Origin: a virus
Reading direction: 5' to 3' (one strand)
IMG/VR virus record: IMGVR_UViG_3300042564_002302
Coordinates: 1-64,000 of that record
DNA: 64,000 nt
Shown here in pieces: positions 16,001 through 25,677 of this stretch (positions are counted from its first letter, which is position 1; each line of letters starts with the position of its first letter). Below the pieces are notes generated by a model that was not told the DNA's origin, made no database searches, and saw nothing but the letters and a program-made list of their open reading frames with translations. The position numbers were made by a program, and so were the translations under genes.

Positions 16001-16358
16001 TATGGAATATGTGATTAACAATAATCGTGAGCCAGTAATAAACCTTGAAAGAGGAAAGCGGTATGTATTTAATGTTAATACTCCAGGTCACCCATTTTGG
16101 ATTAAAACAGATCCAATAATAGGTGTAGACTATGGCTATCCAACTGGAGTTACAAACAATGGAATATCTTCGGGAACAATTACATTTGATGTTCCTTACA
16201 ATGCTCCTGACGAATTACATTACATTTGCCAAAATCATGCACATATGACAAATAAAATTAATATAACAGGTGTTGTAAATCCAACTGGTGGATGGAATAG
16301 ATTACTTCCAGATAGAGTGCAGGATAATATGGTTGTTCTTTCATGGATGGGATTCTAG
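13050..16358 (+). CDS. large mosaic fibre protein (fibre coiled repeat, CBM5/12-like module, WxDxD repeats, cupredoxin-like C-domain)
   Basis: LVGTAPNLLNTLGELSDALNDDANFA; YYPGDIVSYNGSFY; five W(I/V/F)DxD/T repeats; HPFWI...YICQNHAHM. Confidence 0.75.
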   Translation: MAKQFLSTVALPSLEQSPDGTYPGELYYNSTDSTVYTFDGINWGPVSVDYLKQMFVGGSHSGIDVSYNAATNTLDLKLESIEYSQEPSGFPDRTTTSISYSAPSRTFSIGPNANEGNSEFEVFIAGKKVVKTTQESVTLPDQPGIYYIYYNNNYVLTYSTTVFDFQYDVPVSVVVLGQSLEPLTVTDERHGIVMDWATHYYLHRVNGTQIVNGGFNAGNYTLGGDGTNDSQAKLSIGNGTIFDEDNQFSITHSDNPAGYYEQYLNPNTRLPVFYRLNGSWEKSGITDYAFYSVDGVPQINAVSGSTWSLLPETNNKYFASYIVATNSITYPIIAIMGQRSDNNIGNAIANNNFADLDLSGLPEVEFAPLYRVIYKYNTGFTSTSKVIIEDVSSIKKSSGSSASSVSSNDHGNLVGLNDDDHIQYIHISNPRTITAAHTFNNTGAPFVLGPNSSGQLVIGLNSEKLGGKTLSEVEHTAFGYAQDAQSAALAAAKGYTDQEIADLVGTAPNLLNTLGELSDALNDDANFAATVTSALAGKASTTHTHAASSITNFSEEVQDAAASLFTHLNHNNITATYDDVTNQIVFTATAQLTQEQVQDFVSPLLVHNNHTNIQAAYDDDNNQLVLEAIIPPSKAIMSAAAPSTPANGEFWFDLDEFRSGSTKALKIYNAFPPAYLGAYNNGADYYPGDIVSYNGSFYIRILEPNPGYPPGTPYWEAYTFTPGWEYVSSNLSLSTTNVWTAKNTFNNGVIIGLNSAPTAPVLGQIYYDSTTLKLRAYNGTAWVNIEGGGGGGGAAFDLVSTDTSAVPAIMFFGAAAPTTAPNTGDIWIDIDDVVGESEYIHVGPDAPSNFGSNTLWVDTDEVNGPLIYSDEDPPTSTPTEGDFWVDLDDLAGQLVAVGSSAPDEDTTTLWIDTTTEEGLENFTIKNVFEGNRSVYSTYSALPNPATHGGMIAFVESEQQFYLAFSDVPNLVAGTTFTVTKTESPMEYVINNNREPVINLERGKRYVFNVNTPGHPFWIKTDPIIGVDYGYPTGVTNNGISSGTITFDVPYNAPDELHYICQNHAHMTNKINITGVVNPTGGWNRLLPDRVQDNMVVLSWMGF

Positions 16359-16410
16359 TGCTTCCATTAGGTATAAATATTTGGTATAATTCTATAAGGA
16401 GTGTGGGCTA

Positions 16411-16971
16411 ATGTCATTAAAACGTTGGGATGGTACCCAGTGGGTAACCGTTGCAGGATCTAGACCAGGACCAACTGGTCCACAAGGTCCAGCAGGACCT
16501 ACAGGTCCACAAGGCCCAGCAGGGCCACAGGGAGTTGCAGGCCCAGCAGGGCCAGCAGGTGTCCAAGGTGTTGCAGGTCCAGCAGGACCACAAGGTGTTC
16601 AGGGAGTTCAGGGTCCAGTAGGTCCTAGAGGTTCTCAAATCTATAGCGGTAATTCAAATCCGTCACCATCATCTTTATATGCCGACGGTGATTTTTTTAT
16701 AAATAGCGTCACTGGAGACGCTTTCATATATAATAATACTAGCGATACATGGACATTACAAACAAATGTAAAGGGTCCAACAGGTCCAACAGGTCCGCAA
16801 GGTCCAGTAGGTCCTACTGGAGAAGTAGTCGTTGCAGATATTGAAAGAAGAGTTTCTGCTTACGAGATTGACACACTGCTAAATCTTGGCATATATTATC
16901 CAAAATATACAACTTTAGCAAACTTAACTCAGCTGACTGGCACAATGCATGCCACAAGCTTTATAATTTAG
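16411..16971 (+). CDS. collagen-like (Gly-X-Y) fibre protein
   Basis: about 18 consecutive GXY triplets plus a second short run; extended -10 TGgTATAAT upstream. Confidence 0.85.
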   Translation: MSLKRWDGTQWVTVAGSRPGPTGPQGPAGPTGPQGPAGPQGVAGPAGPAGVQGVAGPAGPQGVQGVQGPVGPRGSQIYSGNSNPSPSSLYADGDFFINSVTGDAFIYNNTSDTWTLQTNVKGPTGPTGPQGPVGPTGEVVVADIERRVSAYEIDTLLNLGIYYPKYTTLANLTQLTGTMHATSFII

Positions 16972-16981
16972 GAGACACAAG

Positions 16982-19900
16982 ATGGCAAGAAAAGTATTAA
17001 AGGATACCTACTATACATTTGATCCAGTAAACAGAAAGATCACTGTTGCTAAGATCATTCAAAGAGAACGTTTGATGCTTATTACAAACGTTGTCACAGG
17101 AAAGGTAATCTATAACTTTTCAGACCCATCTTTAGGTGCCTCAGACTACGAATTAACAAAAGATACACAGTTTCCAAAAACAATAATCACACTCGAATAC
17201 AATACTGCAAATATGTCTGCTACAGACGAATTGCAGATTATGATGGATGAGTGGGAAGAGACTTTTAAGCCTACAGATAACCTTCTAGATGCAGTTGGCA
17301 AGCTTAGAGTAGCAATGCCACAGTCCCTTATTGATACCGACTTTGAATACGGTGCACAGCCATCTAAATGGGAAACATTAGTACTTCAAAATAACTATCC
17401 AACATTTTTTGCTCGTGCAACTGGTGGTAACTCACTTGATGTTGTTTCAATTGTAGGAAATGGAGTATCTCCAAGATCTACAGTAACAGTTACTTGCGCC
17501 CAGGACCACTTCCTTTCAGACGGAGACGTAGTTTCTGTTAATGAAGCTTTAGAAAATAACGCAGAAGGAACATTCCTTGTAAATCAGATCTCATCAACAG
17601 TATTTGAGTATGTTGCAAAGGGTGTTGTTTCTGGAAACGTTCTTGAAGGTACTTTAACATCCGTATATGGTGGAGGAATCTTTGATAATGCACACGTTCC
17701 AGGAGGAGCTGCTGGAGCACTTAATACATGGAGAGCAGAATCAGATCAGCTAACTCCATCAACAATTACAGTTACAACCACACAGCCGCATGGACTGTAT
17801 CCAGGAACACCAATTCTTATTTCAACAACTTCAGGAAGCCCACTGAATGGTAGCTGGTTAATTACTAAGGTTGCAACAACAAGAACATTTGAATTTACAG
17901 TATTTGATCGTGTTACAAACCCAATCAATACAAATCAGGTTGGACTTTACACAAAGCCAGAAGGTTATGTAGACCACAGACCATTTGACGGTGGTGTTGT
18001 TATGTCAACAGGAAATAACGTTTGCGGAACACAAACAATTCGTCAAACACGTCGTTACTTTAGATACCAGTCTGGTAAGTCGATTCAGTTCTCAACAGGA
18101 ACTAAGTTCACACCAGCATTTGACATTTCTTACATTGGATCGTCTTCAACCTCAAGCGGCGCTAATACAATTACAATTGAAACACTTCAACCAAATAACT
18201 TACAGCCAGGTGCTATAGTTAAGATTGAAGGAATTGAAACTGTTGGAGCATACAATCCGTTTAATGGTGAGTATGAGGTTAACTCAATTCTTACAGCAGA
18301 AAGATTTACAGTAGTAAAGAATTTTACTAGCTCAATAAATCCAATCGATCAACTACCAGGTGGTATTAACGCCTTTGTGACAGCATATCAGTGGAAAGGC
18401 TCAGCAACAAGAGCTGGACTTTTTGACGATCAGAACGGATTCTTTATTGAGTACGATGGAGATAAGCTATATGCGTGTCTAAGATCATCAATTAAGGAAC
18501 TTTTTGGTAAAATCAGCGTTACAAAGTACTCAAGCCTAGTAACTGGAACAGGAACAAGATTTAGAAAGCAGCTTGTTGTTGGAGATATGATTGTTATTCG
18601 TGGTCAGTCTTATAGAGTTCTAAATATTCAAGACGACTCTACAATGAACATATCCCCAGCGTATCGTGGAGAGTCAACAGCTAGCGCAAGATATCTTTTG
18701 ACACAAACTACAAGAGTTCCTCAAACAGAGTGGAATATTGATAGAGTTGACTCAACTGGTCCTTCAGGATACACACTTGATGTATCTAAGATGCAGATGA
18801 CATTTATCGACTATTCTTGGTACGGTGCTGGAACAATTAGATATGGCTTCCGTGGAATTAACGGAGAAATTATCTGGTGTCACTCACTTCCAAATAACAA
18901 CGTAAATACTGCAGCTTACATGCGTTCTGGTAACCTTCCAGCACGTTACGAATCAATTAATGAGCCAAACCACTCAGCAAGACTTATCTCTGGTGGTACA
19001 GCAGTCAAGGGTTCAGTATTAACTCCAAACGAATCATTAATATATGTTGACGATGTAAGCAGATGGCCAAATAATGGATATCTACGCATTGCAGATAACA
19101 CAAACTTTGAAATTTGCAGATATACTAACGTTGGAGCATACAATCCTACAGTTGGTGGATACCCAGTAACAGTAATCAGAAGATCATCAATGCCTCTCTA
19201 CTACTCTGGTCAACCATATGCTCTATATGGCACATCATCAGCAGTAAACTTTGCTCCAGATGCATCAATTCCTGGTGGTGGAGGAACTTCACAAGTTTCA
19301 GTTCAAACAATTTCTCAAAACTGTGCTCCAGTACTTAGCCACTGGGGTTCATCAGTAATTATGGATGGAAAGTATGATCAAGACCAGTCGTTTATCTTTA
19401 CTGCAGGTATGCAGAGATATCTACAGGTTGGTGGATCTGGTACAGTTACAGCAAACATTGCTGCATATCAGGTTGCATCAGGTGTTGTTACATTAACAAC
19501 AGTTGGTAACCATACACTTCAAAACGGTCAGCCAGTAAATATTTCTGGAATCGGTGCAGAAGCTTTCTTGACAGCATATCAAAGATTTAATAATACTGCT
19601 ACAGTTTATATTACTGGTAATAACCCATTCCAAGTTGGAGATGTTATTACTGTAACTGGACTAAACCCAGCATATAATGGTACATATAGCGTTACTGCAA
19701 GAACAGCAACTAACCTATCTTACTCAAACCCAGGTGGAAACCAAGGATTTACATCCCAGAACCCAGTTGGAAAGGCAGTAGGTACACTTAATCTTAATGG
19801 AACATATACAATCACATCTGTATCTGGTACAACATTCACATACAATAAGGTAAACGTTCAGGATATTGCATTTACAGCCGTAACAAGCGGTGTTGGTTCA

Positions 19901-20473
19901 GCAACACAGTCATTCGGAGCAACACCTACACCACGTCCTCTAGTATCGATTAGAATTGCACCTTCTGCAGATAACGGTCTAGGAAGAAACTTTGGTGTTC
20001 GTGAAATTGCAAACCGAATGCAGCTTAAGCTTGACTCAATTGGTGTACTTTCACAGGGCCAGTTCTTGATTGAAGGAATTCTAAATCCTGCAACACTAAA
20101 CGGTGCTGCAATTCCTTCAGCATGGGAGAACGTAAGAGTTGGTTCTGGTTCCCTTGCACAGGTTCTTTACCACGATAATACAGGAACTCGTGGAGATGGA
20201 ACTCCAGTTACTTCTCCTACAAATACTATTAACGGCGGAGACCGTGTGTTCGCATTCTACACAGAAAACTCTGGTGGTAACAACTACTCAGTCTCTACAC
20301 AAGATCTTACAAAGGTACGAGACCTTGGTAACTCAATCTTGAATGGAAATGGAAGCAATACTAACCCAGGATTCCCTAATGGTCCAGATATTCTTACAAT
20401 CCAAGCAACAAACATTGGTTCAACAGCTGCAAACGTACTTTGCAGAATCTCATGGACTGAAGCTCAGGCATAA
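16982..20473 (+). CDS. large virion structural protein (1163 aa, repeated H.L..GD.V.I beta modules)
   Basis: ORF track; RQTRRYFRYQSGK, IDYSWYGAG; SD GGAG. Confidence 0.65.
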   Translation: MARKVLKDTYYTFDPVNRKITVAKIIQRERLMLITNVVTGKVIYNFSDPSLGASDYELTKDTQFPKTIITLEYNTANMSATDELQIMMDEWEETFKPTDNLLDAVGKLRVAMPQSLIDTDFEYGAQPSKWETLVLQNNYPTFFARATGGNSLDVVSIVGNGVSPRSTVTVTCAQDHFLSDGDVVSVNEALENNAEGTFLVNQISSTVFEYVAKGVVSGNVLEGTLTSVYGGGIFDNAHVPGGAAGALNTWRAESDQLTPSTITVTTTQPHGLYPGTPILISTTSGSPLNGSWLITKVATTRTFEFTVFDRVTNPINTNQVGLYTKPEGYVDHRPFDGGVVMSTGNNVCGTQTIRQTRRYFRYQSGKSIQFSTGTKFTPAFDISYIGSSSTSSGANTITIETLQPNNLQPGAIVKIEGIETVGAYNPFNGEYEVNSILTAERFTVVKNFTSSINPIDQLPGGINAFVTAYQWKGSATRAGLFDDQNGFFIEYDGDKLYACLRSSIKELFGKISVTKYSSLVTGTGTRFRKQLVVGDMIVIRGQSYRVLNIQDDSTMNISPAYRGESTASARYLLTQTTRVPQTEWNIDRVDSTGPSGYTLDVSKMQMTFIDYSWYGAGTIRYGFRGINGEIIWCHSLPNNNVNTAAYMRSGNLPARYESINEPNHSARLISGGTAVKGSVLTPNESLIYVDDVSRWPNNGYLRIADNTNFEICRYTNVGAYNPTVGGYPVTVIRRSSMPLYYSGQPYALYGTSSAVNFAPDASIPGGGGTSQVSVQTISQNCAPVLSHWGSSVIMDGKYDQDQSFIFTAGMQRYLQVGGSGTVTANIAAYQVASGVVTLTTVGNHTLQNGQPVNISGIGAEAFLTAYQRFNNTATVYITGNNPFQVGDVITVTGLNPAYNGTYSVTARTATNLSYSNPGGNQGFTSQNPVGKAVGTLNLNGTYTITSVSGTTFTYNKVNVQDIAFTAVTSGVGSATQSFGATPTPRPLVSIRIAPSADNGLGRNFGVREIANRMQLKLDSIGVLSQGQFLIEGILNPATLNGAAIPSAWENVRVGSGSLAQVLYHDNTGTRGDGTPVTSPTNTINGGDRVFAFYTENSGGNNYSVSTQDLTKVRDLGNSILNGNGSNTNPGFPNGPDILTIQATNIGSTAANVLCRISWTEAQA

Positions 20474-20484
20474 AAGGAGTATAA

Positions 20485-21165
20485 ATGCCAGATTACACAA
20501 CGCTTGCCGCTCAAGTCGAGCTGTTTAAGGATAAGGTAGATGCCTTATCTGCAACTACACTCGATGCTAATGAACTTGTTCTTTTAGCTTCAGCGCTAAA
20601 GGCACTTGGCGAAGGCATGGGTGTAAATGATATTATTGACGCATCTACTTCAGAAATTGCAAGAATTACTGATGCAGCAGATGATGAGATTGCTAGAATA
20701 AACGGTACTTCAGCTGGTGCAATGATTCTAGAACACGATTCATCACTCACAGCACTTGAGTCATGGAGACCAAATGTTGATAACTATATTAATACTAATC
20801 AGCAAAATCTTCAAGATGTTCTTTCAGATATATCAACACTTCAATCAACAACAGCTTCTATTCCTGCGGTATATAAGGTGATGTCAGACATTACTTATAA
20901 TGTTCAAAATAGAGAACAGCTTTTCCTACAGCCAGATCCAGTACAAGGACAAACAATTGTTTTGCCTACTGGCCCAGCACTTGGAGACTTTGTTATTCTT
21001 ACAGATATCTCTGGACTTCCAAATCTTGGAACAGGTGATAAGGTTAAGATTGATCCAGGCAATAAGCTTATTATGGGTGTTGCAGGAATAATGAATTTTG
21101 ACGTAGACTATGCTAGTATTCAACTAACATATTCGAATGAAGCTTACGGATGGAGAATATCATAA
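20485..21165 (+). CDS. fibre adaptor-like protein (coiled-coil N-term shared with 23099-23428)
   Basis: N-terminal paralogy; C-terminal LP..PA.GD.V...D and YGW. Confidence 0.6.
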   Translation: MPDYTTLAAQVELFKDKVDALSATTLDANELVLLASALKALGEGMGVNDIIDASTSEIARITDAADDEIARINGTSAGAMILEHDSSLTALESWRPNVDNYINTNQQNLQDVLSDISTLQSTTASIPAVYKVMSDITYNVQNREQLFLQPDPVQGQTIVLPTGPALGDFVILTDISGLPNLGTGDKVKIDPGNKLIMGVAGIMNFDVDYASIQLTYSNEAYGWRIS

Positions 21166-22604
21166 TGCCAACATCATTAAATAACGTACTAAAAACAATT
21201 CAGGGGGTTGTATCAGAAGCATCTTCAGCTCCAGCATGGCAGCAAGATCCATATCTACAGCCAGCGTTCTTTGTCAGAAATAACCAGACATGGCCAGGAG
21301 CAGGTGCTCTTATTTTTAACCATTACATGGATGTAATGGGTAAGATGGACCAGTCTCCAGAATCATATACAACTAACCGATGGGATTCATATTCTGGTGA
21401 TGAGTTTGGCGGAGGTTATAGAGGGTATAGCGGATGGGCACCATCATCTAACGGAAATACAACATGGAATGCTTCAACATCCATGAATACAGATTTAGGA
21501 CACACATACTTTAGACCAGTCGGAACAATTGGTTCTGGATCCATCACAGGTTCTGGTGATAATACACATGCAACACCATCAATGCATGGAAATCAGGTTG
21601 GTGCGACATTGACTCACAAGTCAGCATTTGTAAATGATCAGACACGTTTTGGTATTGGTACAAAGAACCTTGTAGACCTAACTCAGATTAGATATAATAA
21701 TACAACATATCAGACTAAAGCATGGACTACATTCCCCACGGGACTGTTTGCAGCATCACACGATGCAGTAATTGGCGGAATCTCATATAACATTAAGAAC
21801 AAGTGGCTAGTAATAATGGAAAGGTCTGGATATAACCATAGACCAATTATTATTAAAAATATGCCAAATCCAGATACATACATTCAAGATGCAGAAGCAT
21901 ACAAAGCTTTAATTACAACCAGATTGTCAGAGGCTGGAAACGTAGTAAGAACAACATCATATCACTATAAGCCAACAAACAATGGTAACGAAGATAACTT
22001 AAGAGGTGTTCCAGTTATATGTGATGATGGAACAATTTACTATACACAGGCAATTCGTGACTGGGGATACACAATCTCATATTGGACATTTGACGGAACA
22101 ACAATTTCAACAAATACAAACCTTCATCAAAGATCATGGACTACCATGTATGGATGGGGAGATGACAGAAACCAGGGCGGAATGCACTGGATTGTTTCAA
22201 ACGATGGAACAAAGATTAGAATTCAGTCACAAGCATACTATTATCACTCAGGATTCTACGGTGTAATGATCGATGTTTTAACTGGAAGATGTGTATATGA
22301 CTATTACTGGCATAACTCATCATGGTGCCGTCCAGTAGTACCAATTCAAAAAGATTTGTTTATAGTTGCCGCAGAAGACGGAAACAACGACAACGGACCA
22401 GGTATGTACTTGCATGTATCTAACTTTGAAGATGAGTGGAGATATGCTGGAAGAAATACATCTAATGCTAAAGTAAGAAATGCAACTTCTGACCCATACT
22501 GGGCTGGAAAGAACTATATGTTCAATACGCCATATCACTCAACACACTATACAACACCAATGATGTGGCCAAACTATGATAGATATTCGGTAGGTAACAG
22601 ATAA
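21165..22604 (+). CDS. aromatic-rich beta protein, putative receptor-binding fibre tip
   Basis: start at ATG 21165 (TAATG coupling); followed by a chaperone-like gene. Confidence 0.6.
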   Translation: MPTSLNNVLKTIQGVVSEASSAPAWQQDPYLQPAFFVRNNQTWPGAGALIFNHYMDVMGKMDQSPESYTTNRWDSYSGDEFGGGYRGYSGWAPSSNGNTTWNASTSMNTDLGHTYFRPVGTIGSGSITGSGDNTHATPSMHGNQVGATLTHKSAFVNDQTRFGIGTKNLVDLTQIRYNNTTYQTKAWTTFPTGLFAASHDAVIGGISYNIKNKWLVIMERSGYNHRPIIIKNMPNPDTYIQDAEAYKALITTRLSEAGNVVRTTSYHYKPTNNGNEDNLRGVPVICDDGTIYYTQAIRDWGYTISYWTFDGTTISTNTNLHQRSWTTMYGWGDDRNQGGMHWIVSNDGTKIRIQSQAYYYHSGFYGVMIDVLTGRCVYDYYWHNSSWCRPVVPIQKDLFIVAAEDGNNDNGPGMYLHVSNFEDEWRYAGRNTSNAKVRNATSDPYWAGKNYMFNTPYHSTHYTTPMMWPNYDRYSVGNR

Positions 22605-23053
22605 TGGAACTATTACAATTTAATGATTCAGGTGTGTGCGTAGGCACATCCCCATTTGGAACACATGCAAGCCCAGACCCAGATTCTACTCCATTTAGAT
22701 GGAAGCTAGATGATGATGGAACGGTTGTAGATGCCTTCCCAGGTATTGATGATGAAGATATTATGGAGGCATACAATGCGTCCATAGTCTTGGATAGCAT
22801 CGAAAGACTTAAAAAGGAAAAGATTAAGAAGGTCAAGGAAGCGGCGGCAGGATATATCCAAGAGCTTCAATGGAAGGTAGATAGAGCCCTTGAGAGAGAT
22901 CTCCTAAATGGAACTTCTACAGTCAACGAGATTTATGCAATAAAGGAAGATATCAGACAGGCAAGCAATGCAGTAGAATTGCTTATTAGTCAAGCTGACT
23001 CAGAAGAGGCTGTAAATCAAATTAGCCATTCTCGCTGGTGGCCTGCTCAATGA
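22604..23053 (+). CDS. tail fibre assembly chaperone-like protein
   Basis: WK..RA.ER...IRQASN..E..I helical C-term ending in W; position after a fibre gene. Confidence 0.55.
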   Translation: MELLQFNDSGVCVGTSPFGTHASPDPDSTPFRWKLDDDGTVVDAFPGIDDEDIMEAYNASIVLDSIERLKKEKIKKVKEAAAGYIQELQWKVDRALERDLLNGTSTVNEIYAIKEDIRQASNAVELLISQADSEEAVNQISHSRWWPAQ

Positions 23054-23098
23054 AAACCTTTAATGGTATAATTAATTTATTCGGAGGAAATTACCACA

Positions 23099-23428
23099 AT
23101 GGCATATGATAGCTTAAATACACAGATTGAGCTCTTTAAGACTAAGGTCTCAGCTCTATCTGGTTCAACACTAAATGCACAGGACCTCGTGTTCCTTGCC
23201 AAAGCAATTGAGTCAATGGGTAATCTCCTTGGTGTCAATGATGTTCTAGCTGTTACAGCAGAAAAAGTAAATGAAATTCAGAATGCATCTTCAGGTGCAG
23301 TAACACAAATTGGAAACGCTGGTAGCGTTCAGATCGCTGCCGTTGCAACATCAGCTGCAACAGCAAGCGCTAATCTCCAAAGCACAATTGATACATTCAG
23401 AATTTATTCAGAAATGGGAGTGATTTAA
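23099..23428 (+). CDS. short coiled-coil fibre adaptor (paralog of 20485 N-term)
   Basis: QIELFKTKVSALSGSTLNAQDLVFLAKA versus QVELFKDKVDALSATTLDANELVLLASA. Confidence 0.65.
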   Translation: MAYDSLNTQIELFKTKVSALSGSTLNAQDLVFLAKAIESMGNLLGVNDVLAVTAEKVNEIQNASSGAVTQIGNAGSVQIAAVATSAATASANLQSTIDTFRIYSEMGVI

Positions 23429-23429
23429 T

Positions 23430-23747
23430 ATGGCCGTAGTAAGCTTACCAAACAGATATTTTGCTGGAGAACTAACAACTCAGGAAGCCCTGGTTGCAAC
23501 AGTTCCATCAGCGACAACAGATGTAGTCACATGCATTACATTTGACAATCTTACAGATGTTGCACAGAAGGCAACAGTAAAGCTAGCAGATGTGCTTTTT
23601 GCGAAGGACTTGGACATTGCTCCAAGATCACTTGTTGTCCTTGACTTCAAGCAAACACTAAATGCAGCAGATACAATTAAAGTACAGGCATCAGCAAATT
23701 CAGCAGTTACATGCTTTATTTCTGGTGTAAGAATTACAAATTCTTAA
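23430..23747 (+). CDS. small beta-sandwich virion protein (paralog of 29205-29531)
   Basis: similar length and N.T...V.L / L...D.I / ISGV pattern. Confidence 0.6.
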   Translation: MAVVSLPNRYFAGELTTQEALVATVPSATTDVVTCITFDNLTDVAQKATVKLADVLFAKDLDIAPRSLVVLDFKQTLNAADTIKVQASANSAVTCFISGVRITNS

Positions 23748-23765
23748 TAGAAAATAGGAGTCAAA

Positions 23766-25328
23766 GTGCCAACGTCATCAACAACTAACCAGATTTATAT
23801 TCCTGGACTAACAGACCAGATTAATGATGGTATTGCAAATATCACGCCACAACAGATGGTGGAAGAAAGATTCTACGATAGCGGTGTCTGGACAAAACCA
23901 GATGGAGTTAACAGAGTAGAGGTTATTGTTGTTGGTGGAGGTGGCGGTGGCGGAGCATCTCGCTATGGAAACGTTGGCGGTGGAGGCGGTGCTGGAGAGT
24001 ACCGCAGAGCAACTTTTGCTGTTTCATCAGGTGTAAATATTACAGTTGGAACAGGTGGAACTGGTGGCCTATACGACAGAAACCCAGGAAACCCAGGAAA
24101 CCAATCATCATTTGGAACGCTTCTTGTTGCAGATGGCGGACAAGGCGGAATGGGAGGATCAAACGTTGGTCCTATTAGAACTTATGGCTCTACAGGTGGA
24201 GCAACCTGGGATGGAGTAAATAACTATAACCATCAAGCAGGTGGCGGTGGCGGAGCAGGATCACCAGGAAAGTCTGGAGACCATGGACCACACCCAAGAT
24301 ACACTTCTTGGAGCGCACACTCTGTTTACAAGAGAAGAAACTCTTGGGTAAACACAGGTGGATTCGGTGCATACAACGATAACTCATCTTCTTACTCACC
24401 TACATTTGACTCAGGAATGGGTGGAGAGGGTATTGACGGCATTGCAGGTGGCGGAGCAGGTGGAGGACAAACATATTCCTATGATTCAAACTCATATGCA
24501 GGATATCGTTTAGGTCACTCAGGCGGAGGAGACTCTGGTTTTGCAAGACTTCGTGGTAAAGCATGGAACCTAACAAACAACACATATTATGACTTAGATC
24601 AACTTTGGATGCATGATGGTCTTCCAGCTATTCCAGGTACTGGATCAGGTGGAGGGGGAGCAAATATGCTACCACAAAGCAGCAACTACCACATGACAAG
24701 ATCTGAGTGGGCAGATCCACTAGTAAATCCATTTAGAATGGAATACGGAAATACAGATTATCGTGGTTGGAGATCAATCACAGATTTAGTAGCATCACTT
24801 CCTGGAGAAACAGGATATGCAACTGGAACAGCAGTTAGCTACAACGGCGAGAACTGGTCCTGGCAAGCTGGATCACAAAGAATGACAGCTTCTACTTCAG
24901 GTAAAGCTGTTATGCAGCCTAACTCATTAATGCCATATGTATACGGATTGCACTATGTTCCAAGCGTTGGAACTTTTGCATCCTATCAGCCAGGCGGATC
25001 AACAACAACACAGTTTGGTTGGGCAATTTATAACAGAGACCGCCAATTGCTTGGCTACACATTAAAAGCAACTCAGTATTCTACTGGAACTGGATGGACT
25101 TCAAGTTATGGTTATAATGGAAGCACAAACGACTATAATACGTTTGCCATAACAAATAATTTCTATCATCCAGATGCATTCTTTATGGCTCCAATTATTT
25201 ATGTAAACAACGTTATTGCAGGCAGCTATTATGCTTGCGACACTTCAGATTCTGGAAGATATTATAATTCTGGACGTGGTGGAGATGGTGGAAAGGGTAT
25301 CGTAATTGTACGATATGCGGTGAAATAA
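23766..25328 (+). CDS. glycine-rich fibre/receptor-binding protein A
   Basis: SGVWTKP...VEVIVVGGGGGGG...GGKGIVIVRY. Confidence 0.75.
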   Translation: MPTSSTTNQIYIPGLTDQINDGIANITPQQMVEERFYDSGVWTKPDGVNRVEVIVVGGGGGGGASRYGNVGGGGGAGEYRRATFAVSSGVNITVGTGGTGGLYDRNPGNPGNQSSFGTLLVADGGQGGMGGSNVGPIRTYGSTGGATWDGVNNYNHQAGGGGGAGSPGKSGDHGPHPRYTSWSAHSVYKRRNSWVNTGGFGAYNDNSSSYSPTFDSGMGGEGIDGIAGGGAGGGQTYSYDSNSYAGYRLGHSGGGDSGFARLRGKAWNLTNNTYYDLDQLWMHDGLPAIPGTGSGGGGANMLPQSSNYHMTRSEWADPLVNPFRMEYGNTDYRGWRSITDLVASLPGETGYATGTAVSYNGENWSWQAGSQRMTASTSGKAVMQPNSLMPYVYGLHYVPSVGTFASYQPGGSTTTQFGWAIYNRDRQLLGYTLKATQYSTGTGWTSSYGYNGSTNDYNTFAITNNFYHPDAFFMAPIIYVNNVIAGSYYACDTSDSGRYYNSGRGGDGGKGIVIVRYAVK

Positions 25329-25675
25329 TGTCAAAGGTAATTCTTAAATTAGATGAAACACATAAAATTGTATTAAATGCATTTTCTGCTCCAGATGATT
25401 GGGCAACTTCAGAGGATGAGTTTGATACTACGGTAGATGACAGATATCAGTATTGTGCTCCAAGCCAAGGTTGGCAATGGAATGATGAGGTTGGAGCTTT
25501 TGTATCACCTCGTCCACAAGACTCAGACACAGAGACATGGTCAATTACAAATTCACTACAGTGGGTATCAGACCTTGTATCACCAGAACCAGAAGAAGAA
25601 AATACAGAAAGAATTGAAATCCCTGGGCCAGGTACTGAGCCAGGGCTTCCAGGAGACGCACTAGAGGATAACTAA
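25328..25675 (+). CDS. chaperone/partner of glycine-rich protein A
   Basis: GW.W...F.PRP...W pattern; paralog of 27252-27587. Confidence 0.6.
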   Translation: MSKVILKLDETHKIVLNAFSAPDDWATSEDEFDTTVDDRYQYCAPSQGWQWNDEVGAFVSPRPQDSDTETWSITNSLQWVSDLVSPEPEEENTERIEIPGPGTEPGLPGDALEDN

Positions 25676-25677
25676 GA

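Noticed and set aside
20882-20903. TGTCAG-N10-TAATGT match on the + strand in the late region
   Set aside because: Single copy inside a CDS with no SD or start nearby; roughly one chance match is plausible in a window of this size.
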